Source: a virus
DNA: 64,000 nt
Virus record (IMG/VR): IMGVR_UViG_3300021961_000023
Reading direction: 5' to 3' (one strand)
Made by a program: the position numbers and the translations under genes. The notes beneath the pieces were generated by a model. It saw only the letters and a list, made by a program, of their open reading frames with translations, ran no database searches and was not told the DNA's origin. Positions 1-11,000 of this stretch are shown piece by piece. Each line of letters begins with the position of its first letter. Position 1 is the first letter of the stretch.

Positions 1-2
1 CA

Positions 3-3000
3 ATTGCACCTAATCTCATTTTCATTGATGGATTTACTGGTAGAATCGTTGATGTTGAGTTATCTTATTCTATTGGTGACTCTCAAGTATCTATTTTAAA
101 AAATAGTACAGAAATATACAATACTGCTCCCGTTATTATTCCAGTTAATAATACAAATGGAGTTGGTATTAGTTCAATAACTTATGATTCTGGTAAGAAA
201 ACAGTACAAGTCATTTTGAATCCAGGTGCAGTAGGATATAGTACTGTCTCTGCTTTCCCATTCAATATTGGTGATAAAGTTTTAGTTGAAAATGTTAGTG
301 TTGGTATTGGAAGCACTGGAAAAGGATTTAACTCCAAAAACTATGGATACAAACTATTCACTATTACTGCAACTGATCCAAATATTGGTGGTGCTAACCC
401 AACTATTACATATAGTTTGGATGGTGATTTAAATGATGGCAAAGTTCCTGGAGTTTTTGATCCTGTTAACTCAAATGGAAGAGTTATTGGGTTAAAAGAT
501 TTCCCAATTTTTAATGTAACTTTAAGAAAAAATGTATTTTTACTTGGGGAAGAAGTAAAGTCTGGAAACAAAGAAGGTGTAGTTGAAAACTGGAACTCTA
601 GAGGAGATAATCTTAACCTAAGAGTCGCTAGTGAAGATGGATTTGAATCTGGCGATACTATCAGAGGTTCAACTTCTGGATCTGTTGCAATTATACAATC
701 AGTACAAAACTTTAGAGCAATCTATAAAACTGGAGCTGGTGCAACAGTTGTCAACGGTTTCAATAGAAACACTGGATTCTTAAATGATAGCATACAAAGA
801 CTACATGATAATGATTATTATCAGTACTTCTCATATTCTCTTAAGTCTCCAATAGAAATCAACACTTGGGACAACCCTGTAAGTTCTCTTGATCATACCG
901 CTGGATTTAAAAAGTTTAGTGATCTGCAAGTTATTTCTGCTGGAGCAATAGATCGAGATGGAAATACTGGTATTACAACGGATCAAAATGATGGAGATTT
1001 CCTAGGTATTGCAAATATTGATCAAGAGATTGATCTTAACTGTGTTAATGATTTTGACCTTGCAACAGAAAATAATATTATTATTGATGGTACTGTCTAC
1101 TCTGATGAGATTATCTTGAAGTCGAGAGATATTCAAGATTATTTTGAATCAATAGGAAATAGAGTCTTAATGATCGATGACATTAGTGGTCAGTTTAATG
1201 ATCGTCCAAGACCAACAAGATATTCTGTTATTGATGAGTTTCCTCTAACAAGTTTCCGTTCAAGAAAATATTTACTCTTTGTACGTGATAGAAGATTTAC
1301 TGAGACAAAGGAAAATATTTTTGTTTCTGTCCTACATGATGATGTATTCGGATATCTTAACCAGTATGCAAGAGTTGAAACAGTTGAGGACATGGGTTAT
1401 TTTGACTTTGATGTTCTTAATAATAATGGTAGATTACTTTTCTATCCTGAAAAGTATCAATATAATAACTTTGATATCACTTTCACTGCATATGGTCTAA
1501 AAGAAGGTATTTCTGGTATTGGTTCTACAGCACTAGGAGATATTGCAGAGATCAGAACAACATCCACCATAGTTTCTAATGGAATTGTTACTCCTATTGT
1601 CGTTATTGCTGATACATACAGAGCATCAAAACTGCTGATTGATATTCAAACTAGTGATCAAAGATATGAGTTTGACGAGTTTACTCTTATTCATGATGGA
1701 ATAGGAACTTGTGGAGAAGTTGAGGCAGTTGAATATGCACAGTTAACTTCACACTCTCGTGATGACGCAAGCAGTGTAGGTTTAGGAACATATAGTGTTG
1801 TTTGTGGAGCTGCAAATACTCAATCATATTTGGTTGGAGTTACCACATCAGTTTTTGCATCCTTTAGTGGTGTATCTACTGCTTTAAATGGAACAGGTAT
1901 AGGTACTGATGGTGGATTTGCAATCGGATCTCATATTGTCTTTACTGGAACTGGTATTGGTGTTTCAAATCGTAGAGTTGCAGTCACAAATCCTCTTGAT
2001 CTCCAACTTGTTGATACTTTTGTACTTACTGGTTTAGCTGGTGATGACAATAATGGTGGAGAAAAACCTCTGAATATCTTTGGACAGAATCAAACATTAA
2101 AGGTTAACTATAGTATTGATGGTGGGTCAACTTTTGTCGGATTGGGAACTTTAATATCAAACTCAGATATTGCTGCACCAATAAGAGAGTATTCTGTAGG
2201 TATTCCAACAATAGCTAGAACATCATCTACTATTTTCCAGATTGAACAACCAACATCAAGTGGCGGTACATCTGATAACTATGGAATAACTCATATTGGG
2301 TTTACAAATTCTGGTATTTCTACTACTGACATTGTAGTAAACTTCCATCCTTTTGCTGGTGTTGCTGCTACAGTAGATGTATTAAGAGTTTCTATTGCAA
2401 ATACTTCAGCAACTGGAGTTGGAACTACTTCATTAAACGCTGCTATTATTGATTCTCACTACACATCTATTGCATCTTCAAGTTCTCCAGTTGCAACTAC
2501 TGTAGCAACTTATGATGCCACCATTTATAATGGCGGATACTACATTGCAGTAGTTGAAGACTTAACAAATGGATGGCAGCAAGTTTCTGAGTTAATGGTT
2601 GCAAATAATGAAGAATTCAACAATATAACTGAGTTTGGTGAAATATTCACAGTTGTTACTCTTGGTGAGTTTGGAGTTAGAAGAAGTGGTAATCAAGTTC
2701 AAGTAACATTTGAACCAAATCCAGATGCACACATGGAAGTTAGAATCTTCCAAAATGCAATGCGTTTGGTTGATCCTTTGAACGGGGTAACTAAAGTTGA
2801 TATGCGTAATGGCACAGTAGAAACTGGTGCTGGTGTTTACTTTGGTACGGAAACTGATGTTAAGAGGCAATTTGAACTAACTCATAAGTCTCTTCCAATC
2901 TTTAAGAGAGTTTTTGATCCAACTGCTGTAGGTATTGTTAGCATTACCGACAATACAATCAGGATTCCACAAAACTTCTTTGTAACTGGCGAAGCAGTTG

Positions 3001-6000
3001 ATTACGTAGCAGCAGATAGATACGTTTTACCTCAACCTATTGGTATTGCCACTACTACAATATCTGGTATTGGATTAACGGATAAGATGCCATCAACTGT
3101 TTACATTGTTAAAGTTGATGAGATTAATATTCAAGTTGCTGCTAGTGCATCTGAAGCACTAGCAGTACCACCATCTGTTCTTGATATTACTTCTGTTGGT
3201 ATTGGATCTATTCATAGATTTGATGCGAGAAAACAGAATACTAAAGGATTAATCACTATTGACAACATGATTCAATCACCAGTTGCTGGAACTGCGGTGA
3301 CTGTTGGACTTGTCACTACAGTACAACCAACCACTGATAGAATCACTCTCTCTGGTATAACTTCTATTTTTGCAGGGGATATTCTGAAGATTGATGATGA
3401 GATCATGAGAGTTGCAACTGTTGGAGTTGGAACAACTAATGTTCTTATTGTTAATAGACCTTGGATGGGAACGGGTCTTTCGACTCACTTCTCTGGCGCA
3501 ACTGTAACCAAACTATCAGGTAACTACAATATTGCAGATAACCAAATAAACTTTGTTTCTGCACCATATGGAGCATATCCAATAAGCACAACAACTTCTG
3601 GTCCAGATGAAGTTGATTGGACGGGTTTAACTACTCATAGTACATTTAGTGGACGCATATTCACTAGAAATTCTGAACCTGGTAGTGATATAGAACCATA
3701 CACTTATAACACTATTTTTGATGATATTTCTGAAGATTTTAATGGTATTACTACATCATTTAGATTAAAATCAAATCGCGCCGATGTTACAAATGTTGCA
3801 GAGGATAATGCAATCATTCTGATAAGAGATATCTATCAAGGTCCTAGAAGAGCAAATGGAACAGTTCGTATTGAAGGGGACTATGAGTTAGTAGAAGGTT
3901 CTGGAATAACTACTGCAATTTTCCAAGAAACAGATCTTGGAGTTAAATATGACAACAATACTAATAATATTCCTAGAGGTGGAATGATTGTTAGTGTTGG
4001 ATCATCACAAAGTCGTGGTTATCAACCACTTGTAACTGCAGGTGGAACTGCTATTGTTAACTCTTCTGGATCTATAACCGCAATTTCAATAGGAAATACA
4101 GGAGCTGGTTATAGAGAATTAGTTCAAAAAGAAATCATTATTTCTGCATACAATCCTGTAACTGGAACATCTTCTACGATTGGTATTGCAACAGCATTTG
4201 ATGGACACATTGTAGGTTATAGAATTGATTCTCCTGGAACTGCATATACCTCAACAAATCCTCCTATTATTTCTATAGATTCTCCAGCAGGATATGATAG
4301 TATTCCTTTAGTGTACTCTAAAGATTATCCAAATAATACTGGAGTTGGAACTGGTCTTGTAGTTAATCTTGTTGTTGGTGCAGGATCTACAGTTATTGAT
4401 TACAACATTGTAAACTATGGATTTGGGTATAGGCAAGGTGATGTATTAACAATCCCAAGATCGGGAATCGGAAGCATTCCTCGTAATAGTGGAATTGGTC
4501 ACATTGAGTTTACTTTGACTGTTGAAAAAACTTATAAAGATGAGTTTAATGGATGGGCACTTGGAAACTTCTTACCACTTGATGATATTAGTAGATATTT
4601 TGATGGATACAGAACTGAGTTCCCAATCACTGTTAATGGTGTAAGAACCTCGATTCGTGCTAAAAAAGGATCTCAGATTGATGTTCAAGCATGTTTATTA
4701 GTTTTTATTAATGATATTCTTCAGGTTCCTGGTGATGGATATGTATTTAATGGTGGATCTGTTATAAGATTTACAGAAGCTCCTAAAGGATATGATGCTG
4801 ATGCTCCTTGGTCTGGAGATACTGTTAAAATAGTATTTTACAGAGGATCAAAGGATATTGATGTTCAACTGGTTGATATTCTTGAAACCATTAAACCTGG
4901 AGATACTGTTGAACTTTATGATGATAATCCTGTTTTTGCAGAAGATGATAGACTTGTCACTGAAATTCTTGCTACAGACACATTACAAACTAATGTTTAT
5001 CCTGGACCTGGTATTACAACTAACTTGTCTTATGAGAGAGCACTTCAATGGTGCAGACAAACTGAAGACAAGATAATAAATGGTCAACCAGTCGCTAAAG
5101 ATAGAGAGATCTATAAAGCACTGCTAAACCCTGCATCTTCAATCATTCAAAATGTTAGTGTTGGCGATACTTCAATATATGTTGAAAGTGTAAGAGGATT
5201 CTTTGATAATACCAGAGAAAATGTAAGTGGGAGAACTTTAAATACGATTGAAATCATCTCTCAGGATTCTATCTGCGCGGCCGCGGCGACTGCAGTTGTT
5301 TCTGCAGCAGGAACGATTTCATCTATTGTATTAACTGATCCTGTTACTGGTGTAGCAACAACCACTGCAGGTGGTTCTGGATATCGCTCAATACCTGATG
5401 TTACTATTTCACTTCCTACTGGAATTGGGACAACTGGTAGAGCAACCGCTGTTGCTAATGTGACTAATGGTATCGTTACTAGTTTTACTATAACAAATCC
5501 TGGTTACGGATACACATTTACAAGTGTTCCTTTCGTTATGATATCTCAACCAGATTCTCATAAAGAAGAAGTTGTAGCAAAACAGTATAATGGTGATTTT
5601 GGAGTTATTGTTGGTATTGCAACTACTACAATAGTTGGTTTAGTAACAACTGGAGTCAAAGGTTTAGTATTAAATCTCGATATTCCAGATAACTCTTTCT
5701 TACGTGATCAAACCTATGTTGGTACTGCAATAACAGAAACTAGAATAGAAGTAGGAGACTACTTTACTATCAATAGTTCCAACCTTGGATTTGGAGTGAC
5801 TTCTCTTCGCTATGCTGACGGTTCTGTAATCAGTTATGCATCAACTTTCTTTGATGGTGTTTACCAAGTTGCTAATGTTTCCTATGGATCAACTTTAGCA
5901 GGAACTTTAATCGAACAAACTCGTTATGTTACTATAGATCCTGAAATATTTGATGGTCCTGTTGTTGTTGGACCAAATGATCCAGATGGAACTTTAATCA

Positions 6001-6401
6001 CAGGCAGTCCATATACATTCTCTATCACAGAGACTATTGATAGTCCTGTAGAAATTGGATCTTCTTCAATAGCTAGAATTTTGAGTGGAGTAACTTTAAC
6101 AATCGATGATATTTCAAGAACCTCACTCATCGTTGAAGCAACAGGAAGAGCTATTGTTGGTGATAGTGTCCCTTCAAGAATAACAGTTAGAGTTCAAGAT
6201 TATAATGGATTACAAAGTCAGTATCATCCTGGAAGTTACAAAGGTAGATTCTATGGCGACTACAGTTGGGGTAAGATTTCTATACCATCTAGATCGTCTA
6301 CTAGAAACTTTGTAGGATATTCTACTGCTGGATATGTTGGACTTTCCACTTCACCATTGGTAAGAAGAAAGAATCCATTAAGGACAATCAATTATCTTTG
6401 A
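3..6401 (+). CDS. gp7: Giant baseplate wedge initiator (gp7-like), 5'-truncated by window edge
   Basis: Frame is open from base 3 (IAPNLIFIDG...) through the called TTG start at 216. Gly/Thr-rich beta repeats, GxGY repeats, and position immediately upstream of gp8 as in T4-like cyanophages. Confidence 0.75.
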   Translation: MAPNLIFIDGFTGRIVDVELSYSIGDSQVSILKNSTEIYNTAPVIIPVNNTNGVGISSITYDSGKKTVQVILNPGAVGYSTVSAFPFNIGDKVLVENVSVGIGSTGKGFNSKNYGYKLFTITATDPNIGGANPTITYSLDGDLNDGKVPGVFDPVNSNGRVIGLKDFPIFNVTLRKNVFLLGEEVKSGNKEGVVENWNSRGDNLNLRVASEDGFESGDTIRGSTSGSVAIIQSVQNFRAIYKTGAGATVVNGFNRNTGFLNDSIQRLHDNDYYQYFSYSLKSPIEINTWDNPVSSLDHTAGFKKFSDLQVISAGAIDRDGNTGITTDQNDGDFLGIANIDQEIDLNCVNDFDLATENNIIIDGTVYSDEIILKSRDIQDYFESIGNRVLMIDDISGQFNDRPRPTRYSVIDEFPLTSFRSRKYLLFVRDRRFTETKENIFVSVLHDDVFGYLNQYARVETVEDMGYFDFDVLNNNGRLLFYPEKYQYNNFDITFTAYGLKEGISGIGSTALGDIAEIRTTSTIVSNGIVTPIVVIADTYRASKLLIDIQTSDQRYEFDEFTLIHDGIGTCGEVEAVEYAQLTSHSRDDASSVGLGTYSVVCGAANTQSYLVGVTTSVFASFSGVSTALNGTGIGTDGGFAIGSHIVFTGTGIGVSNRRVAVTNPLDLQLVDTFVLTGLAGDDNNGGEKPLNIFGQNQTLKVNYSIDGGSTFVGLGTLISNSDIAAPIREYSVGIPTIARTSSTIFQIEQPTSSGGTSDNYGITHIGFTNSGISTTDIVVNFHPFAGVAATVDVLRVSIANTSATGVGTTSLNAAIIDSHYTSIASSSSPVATTVATYDATIYNGGYYIAVVEDLTNGWQQVSELMVANNEEFNNITEFGEIFTVVTLGEFGVRRSGNQVQVTFEPNPDAHMEVRIFQNAMRLVDPLNGVTKVDMRNGTVETGAGVYFGTETDVKRQFELTHKSLPIFKRVFDPTAVGIVSITDNTIRIPQNFFVTGEAVDYVAADRYVLPQPIGIATTTISGIGLTDKMPSTVYIVKVDEINIQVAASASEALAVPPSVLDITSVGIGSIHRFDARKQNTKGLITIDNMIQSPVAGTAVTVGLVTTVQPTTDRITLSGITSIFAGDILKIDDEIMRVATVGVGTTNVLIVNRPWMGTGLSTHFSGATVTKLSGNYNIADNQINFVSAPYGAYPISTTTSGPDEVDWTGLTTHSTFSGRIFTRNSEPGSDIEPYTYNTIFDDISEDFNGITTSFRLKSNRADVTNVAEDNAIILIRDIYQGPRRANGTVRIEGDYELVEGSGITTAIFQETDLGVKYDNNTNNIPRGGMIVSVGSSQSRGYQPLVTAGGTAIVNSSGSITAISIGNTGAGYRELVQKEIIISAYNPVTGTSSTIGIATAFDGHIVGYRIDSPGTAYTSTNPPIISIDSPAGYDSIPLVYSKDYPNNTGVGTGLVVNLVVGAGSTVIDYNIVNYGFGYRQGDVLTIPRSGIGSIPRNSGIGHIEFTLTVEKTYKDEFNGWALGNFLPLDDISRYFDGYRTEFPITVNGVRTSIRAKKGSQIDVQACLLVFINDILQVPGDGYVFNGGSVIRFTEAPKGYDADAPWSGDTVKIVFYRGSKDIDVQLVDILETIKPGDTVELYDDNPVFAEDDRLVTEILATDTLQTNVYPGPGITTNLSYERALQWCRQTEDKIINGQPVAKDREIYKALLNPASSIIQNVSVGDTSIYVESVRGFFDNTRENVSGRTLNTIEIISQDSICAAAATAVVSAAGTISSIVLTDPVTGVATTTAGGSGYRSIPDVTISLPTGIGTTGRATAVANVTNGIVTSFTITNPGYGYTFTSVPFVMISQPDSHKEEVVAKQYNGDFGVIVGIATTTIVGLVTTGVKGLVLNLDIPDNSFLRDQTYVGTAITETRIEVGDYFTINSSNLGFGVTSLRYADGSVISYASTFFDGVYQVANVSYGSTLAGTLIEQTRYVTIDPEIFDGPVVVGPNDPDGTLITGSPYTFSITETIDSPVEIGSSSIARILSGVTLTIDDISRTSLIVEATGRAIVGDSVPSRITVRVQDYNGLQSQYHPGSYKGRFYGDYSWGKISIPSRSSTRNFVGYSTAGYVGLSTSPLVRRKNPLRTINYL

Positions 6402-6407
6402 TAAATA
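6402..6407 (+). promoter_or_regulatory. T4-type late promoter core TAAATA
   Basis: ATAAATA 17 nt before the gp8 ATG. The same hexamer recurs before late genes at 13331, 18315, 19811, 20579, 22284, 28144, 31137, 32829, 33049, 34287, 36959, 38815, 45066, 47467, 54666, 60957, 61808, 61954 and 63081. Confidence 0.75.
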
Positions 6408-6424
6408 AGTAAAAAACCCGTAAA

Positions 6425-8017
6425 ATGGCAGCTATCATAACTGATCAACTGAGAATTTTGAACGCAAAGAACTTTGTTTCTTTAGCAACTTCTGATAAAA
6501 ACTCATATTATTCTTTTGTAGGTTTACCAGATGCAACTAGAATTTCATCTAGTTGGGATACAACTCCTCCAGCTCCTAAAGATAATTTTGATCAGGAAGG
6601 ATCCTACTGGGATACAATGATTGCATTGAAAAAGATTGTTCCAGATGATGTAAGGCAAGTTGTAAGAAAGATTACCTGGACCTCTGGTACTACCTATGAC
6701 ATGTACCGCCATGATATTACTAGAGATAATCCTTCAAAACCATCTCAAGCATTGAGCATTTATTCAGCAAACTATTACGTTGTTAATAAAGATTTTAGAG
6801 TTTATATTTGCCTTCAGAATGGAACAGACCCAGAAAACCCAAATGGAAGACCATCTCTAGATGAACCAACTTTTACAGACTTAGAACCAAGATCTGCAGG
6901 CACTAGTGGTGATGGATATGTTTGGAAATACTTATATACAATAGCACCAAGTGATATTGTTAAGTTTGACACCATTAACTTCATTCCTGTACCAAAAAAT
7001 TGGGATACAGAAACATCAACTGATTCATGTGGAAATAACGTAGCATCAGTAAGAGAAAATGCTGCTACTAGTGGACAGTTAAAAATATGCACGATTAAAA
7101 ATCGTGGTGCTGGCATTGGAACCGCTAATAGAACATACACAAGAGTTCCTATCCGTGGTGATGGCACTGGTGCAGAATGCACTATTGTTGTAAACAATGA
7201 TTCTAAGATAGGATCAATTACTATTTCTAATGGTGGTTCTGGGTATAGTTATGGAACAGTAGATGTTATTGCTGGTGGTCTTCCAACAGGAACAACTGCT
7301 CCAGTTTTTGATGTTATTATACCTCCACAGGGTGGTCATGGTGCTGATATTTACAGAGAACTGGGAGCATTTAGAGTTCTTGTATATTCCAGAATTGAAA
7401 ATGACAATGAAGATCCTGATTTTATTATTGGTAATCAGATTGCAAGAGTTGGTTTGATTGAAAATCCTAAGGCATATGGAACTAACACAAATCTAACCAA
7501 ATCAAAAGCAAGTGCAGTTGGTGCTATTAAACTTGTTGGTGCTGGATATAGCACGGCAGTTTTTACTGCCGATTCTATCATTTATCAGACAGTCGGAACA
7601 GGCCAAACCGCCGTGGGAAAAGTAGTTTCATATAACCAAACTACTGGAGTTCTCAAGTATTGGCAAGATAGAACTCTTGCAGGTTTCAGCACAGATAGTT
7701 CAAAACTACTTGAGTTTACAAAGAATACAAGTCCAACATATGGATTTGATTTAAAAGAGTTTACAGCAACTCCTTCAAGTGGTGGAAATGTTAGCATCGT
7801 AGGTGGAAACACTACGTTAGCTATACATACAGCATTTACAGGTTCTACTACTACAATAAATAGTAGGACATACAATTTAGGTCAAGAGTTCACGAGTGGT
7901 TTAGCAAATCCAGAAGTTGCAAAACATACTGGAAATATACTCTATGTTGATCATAGACCCTCGATTACAAGATCTCAAAACCAAAGAGAAGACATAAAAA
8001 TAGTATTGCAATTCTAA
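6425..8017 (+). CDS. gp8: Baseplate wedge subunit gp8
   Basis: MAAIITDQLRILNA start, WTSGTTYDMY, VYICLQNG, DGYVWKYLYTI, C-terminal EDIKIVLQF; synteny. Confidence 0.9.
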   Translation: MAAIITDQLRILNAKNFVSLATSDKNSYYSFVGLPDATRISSSWDTTPPAPKDNFDQEGSYWDTMIALKKIVPDDVRQVVRKITWTSGTTYDMYRHDITRDNPSKPSQALSIYSANYYVVNKDFRVYICLQNGTDPENPNGRPSLDEPTFTDLEPRSAGTSGDGYVWKYLYTIAPSDIVKFDTINFIPVPKNWDTETSTDSCGNNVASVRENAATSGQLKICTIKNRGAGIGTANRTYTRVPIRGDGTGAECTIVVNNDSKIGSITISNGGSGYSYGTVDVIAGGLPTGTTAPVFDVIIPPQGGHGADIYRELGAFRVLVYSRIENDNEDPDFIIGNQIARVGLIENPKAYGTNTNLTKSKASAVGAIKLVGAGYSTAVFTADSIIYQTVGTGQTAVGKVVSYNQTTGVLKYWQDRTLAGFSTDSSKLLEFTKNTSPTYGFDLKEFTATPSSGGNVSIVGGNTTLAIHTAFTGSTTTINSRTYNLGQEFTSGLANPEVAKHTGNILYVDHRPSITRSQNQREDIKIVLQF

Positions 8018-8023
8018 CGGATT

Positions 8024-11000
8024 ATGCCACAGGAACTCAATCTCAACGTATCGCCATACTTTGACGATTTCGACAAGGACAAGGACTTTTACAAAGTTCT
8101 ATTTAAGCCTGGGTATCCCGTTCAGGCAAGGGAACTAACTGGATTACAATCAATCCTTCAGAACCAAATTGAACAATTTGGCAATCATTTGTTTAAAGAA
8201 GGATCAGTTGTAATCCCTGGTCAAGTTAGTTATATTGACAACTATTATGCTGTAGAAATACAGTCAGAATATCTTGGTATTAATGTTCTTGCATATCTAA
8301 ACTCTATTGTTGGAAAAACAATAAGAGGAGAAAATACTGGTGTTCGTGCATATGTTGTTGGAGTTTTAAAAGATTCTGACTCTGAAAGAGGGAATAATAC
8401 GTTATACGTTAACTTTTTAGATTCTGATTACTTAACTGGTTCATATCAATCATTTGCAGATGATGAAGTTCTTTTACTTGAAGAAGGTCTATTTGGATCA
8501 AATGAAATTGACTCTACTAAAAGTGTTGTCGTTCAACCTGGATCTGGGTTTGCGGTAACAGTTCCACTTAACTGCAACTCAATAGGTTCAGCAGTTTTCT
8601 TAAATGAGGGTGTTTACTTTTTAAGAGGATATTTTGTCGGCGTTAGATCTCAAACTCTAATACTTGATCAGTATTCAAACAATCCAAGTTATAGAGTAGG
8701 TCTACGCATTACTGAAGAGACTGTAAATGCAGATGATGACGAAACTCTCGTAGATAATGCCAAAGGATTTTCAAACTACGCTGCACCTGGTGCAGATAGA
8801 CTCAAAATTACAGCAGACCTCGTAAAAGTTCCTATTGATCAGTATGATGTAGAAGAGTTTGTTCAACTTTTAGAAATAAGAGGCGGTATTTTAAGGTCTT
8901 CGATTCAAGATCCACAATACAACATTCTTCAAGATTCTTTAGCAAAAAGAACTTACGAAGAATCTGGTGATTACTATATTACTCAACCATCTGTTGCTCC
9001 TAAAGAGTCACTTAATAATCTAAAAGGAAACGGCGGGGTATTCTTAGCAAATGAGTTAACATATAATAGCAATACTCCATCAGAGGATTTAGGAACTTAT
9101 CAAATTTCACCATTAAAAGCAGTTGTTAAAGGATATCCTGTAGAAACAATAAGTCCTACGTATATTGATTTTCCAAAACCAAGAACTACAAGATCATTAG
9201 AAAATCAAGGTATTAACTATGTAACAGGTCCAACATATACATTAAATAATGTATATGGTGCTCCAACGATTGGTATTAATACAAACTTTACTGTTTATTT
9301 GATGGATACTCGTCGTTCAGGAGTATCTTCTACTGGAAAAGAAATAGGTCTTGCAAGAGTATATGATTTTGCACTAGAATCTGGATCATATAATACTTCA
9401 CATCCAAGACTTAATGAATGGGATTTAGCATTATATGATGTACAAACTTATACAGAAATAACTTTAAATCAAAATATTACTCTTTCTACTCCAACCCATG
9501 TTAGAGGAAAGTCAAGTGGAGCAACAGGATTTTTAAGATACAATGTATCAGATTCAAAACTACTAACTCTTTATAATGTAAGTGGAAAGTTTGTTGATGG
9601 TGAAGAGTTTATTTTTAATGGCATAGACAATACTAGAATTTCAGTTGCTACAACTGCGTATGGAACAGATCAAGTAAAGTCTGTTTTTGCAACAGTAGGA
9701 ACTGCTGGTACTTTTAATGCAGATGTAAAACCAACTACTTTGGCAAACGTTGGTTTTGTAACTATAACTGCACGATCTGGTGGTATAAGCACTGTTACAT
9801 CTACTGATTTCAATTTTGTTGGCATCGCTACTTCAGGAACTACAGTATCTTTTACAAATCCAGGACTATCAACTGTTACATTCGCAAGAGTCACTAATGT
9901 AACAAAAAATAGTTTATCAATCGCTGGCGTTACTACAGTAATAGGCATCTGTGATGGTGCTCTTCCTGGCGTAGCGATCAATCCAAGTGATTTTAAAATA
10001 TTATCAACTTCATTCCAAAGTTCTACTGATAATACGCTTTACACAGTATTACCTAAAAAATATATTTCTAAAGTTGATATAGACAACTCAACTCTTATTA
10101 TTAGAAGAAAGTTTACTGTTTCTATTGCAAGTAGTCAAACAAATACTATTCAAGCAGGAGAAAATGAAACTTTCTTACCATTTGACGAAGAAAGATATAT
10201 TTTAATGAGAGATGATGGAACGGTTGAACCTCTGTCTGCAGATAAGTTTAAGTTTAATGCATCCTCCACAAATATAAGAATAGAAGGTTTAGCAAATACT
10301 GATGGAACTGCTACTTTAATCGCAACCTTATCTAAGACATCAATCTCATCTAAGAAAAAGGACGTAACTAAAGTCAATATTTTAAATATTGTATATTCAG
10401 CAGATTCTGCATCTGGTATTGGTACAACAACTATAAACGATGGATTAATCTATAACAGTGGATATCCATATGGAACAAGAGTCCAAGATATTGATATCTG
10501 TTTGTTAAAACCAGATATTACAAAAGTTTATGGCATTTTTGAATCAGATGATACTTCTGATGCTGAACTTCCTAATATACTCCTTCAGAATATTAGTGGT
10601 GCAAATGCAAAAACAACTGATTTACTAATAGGTGAAGAGTTTGAAGGATTGAGCAGTGGTGCAGTGGGCATTTACTGTGAAAAACTTTCTGATACTAGGA
10701 TTAGTTACGTACTTTTAAATCAAGAGTTATTACAAGAAGGTGAAACAATCCGTTTTAAAACAACAGGAGTAACAGCAACTGCAAGCGTTTTACTTACTGG
10801 TGATAATAATATTTCTTCAAATTATACTTTTGATAATGGACAAAGATCAACAATATATGATTATGGCAAGGTGATAAGAAAGGATTTAAAAGTCAGCCCA
10901 ACTAGAAGACTTAAAATTGTATTTGAAACTGCGTCTTTTGCAGCATCAGATAATGGCAATATTATTACAATAGATTCATACAGAGATTTTGATTATTGTG

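Noticed and set aside
5276-5290. GC-rich palindrome CGCGGCCGCG in AT-rich DNA
   Set aside because: Encodes an Ala run in gp7; single occurrence with no other support
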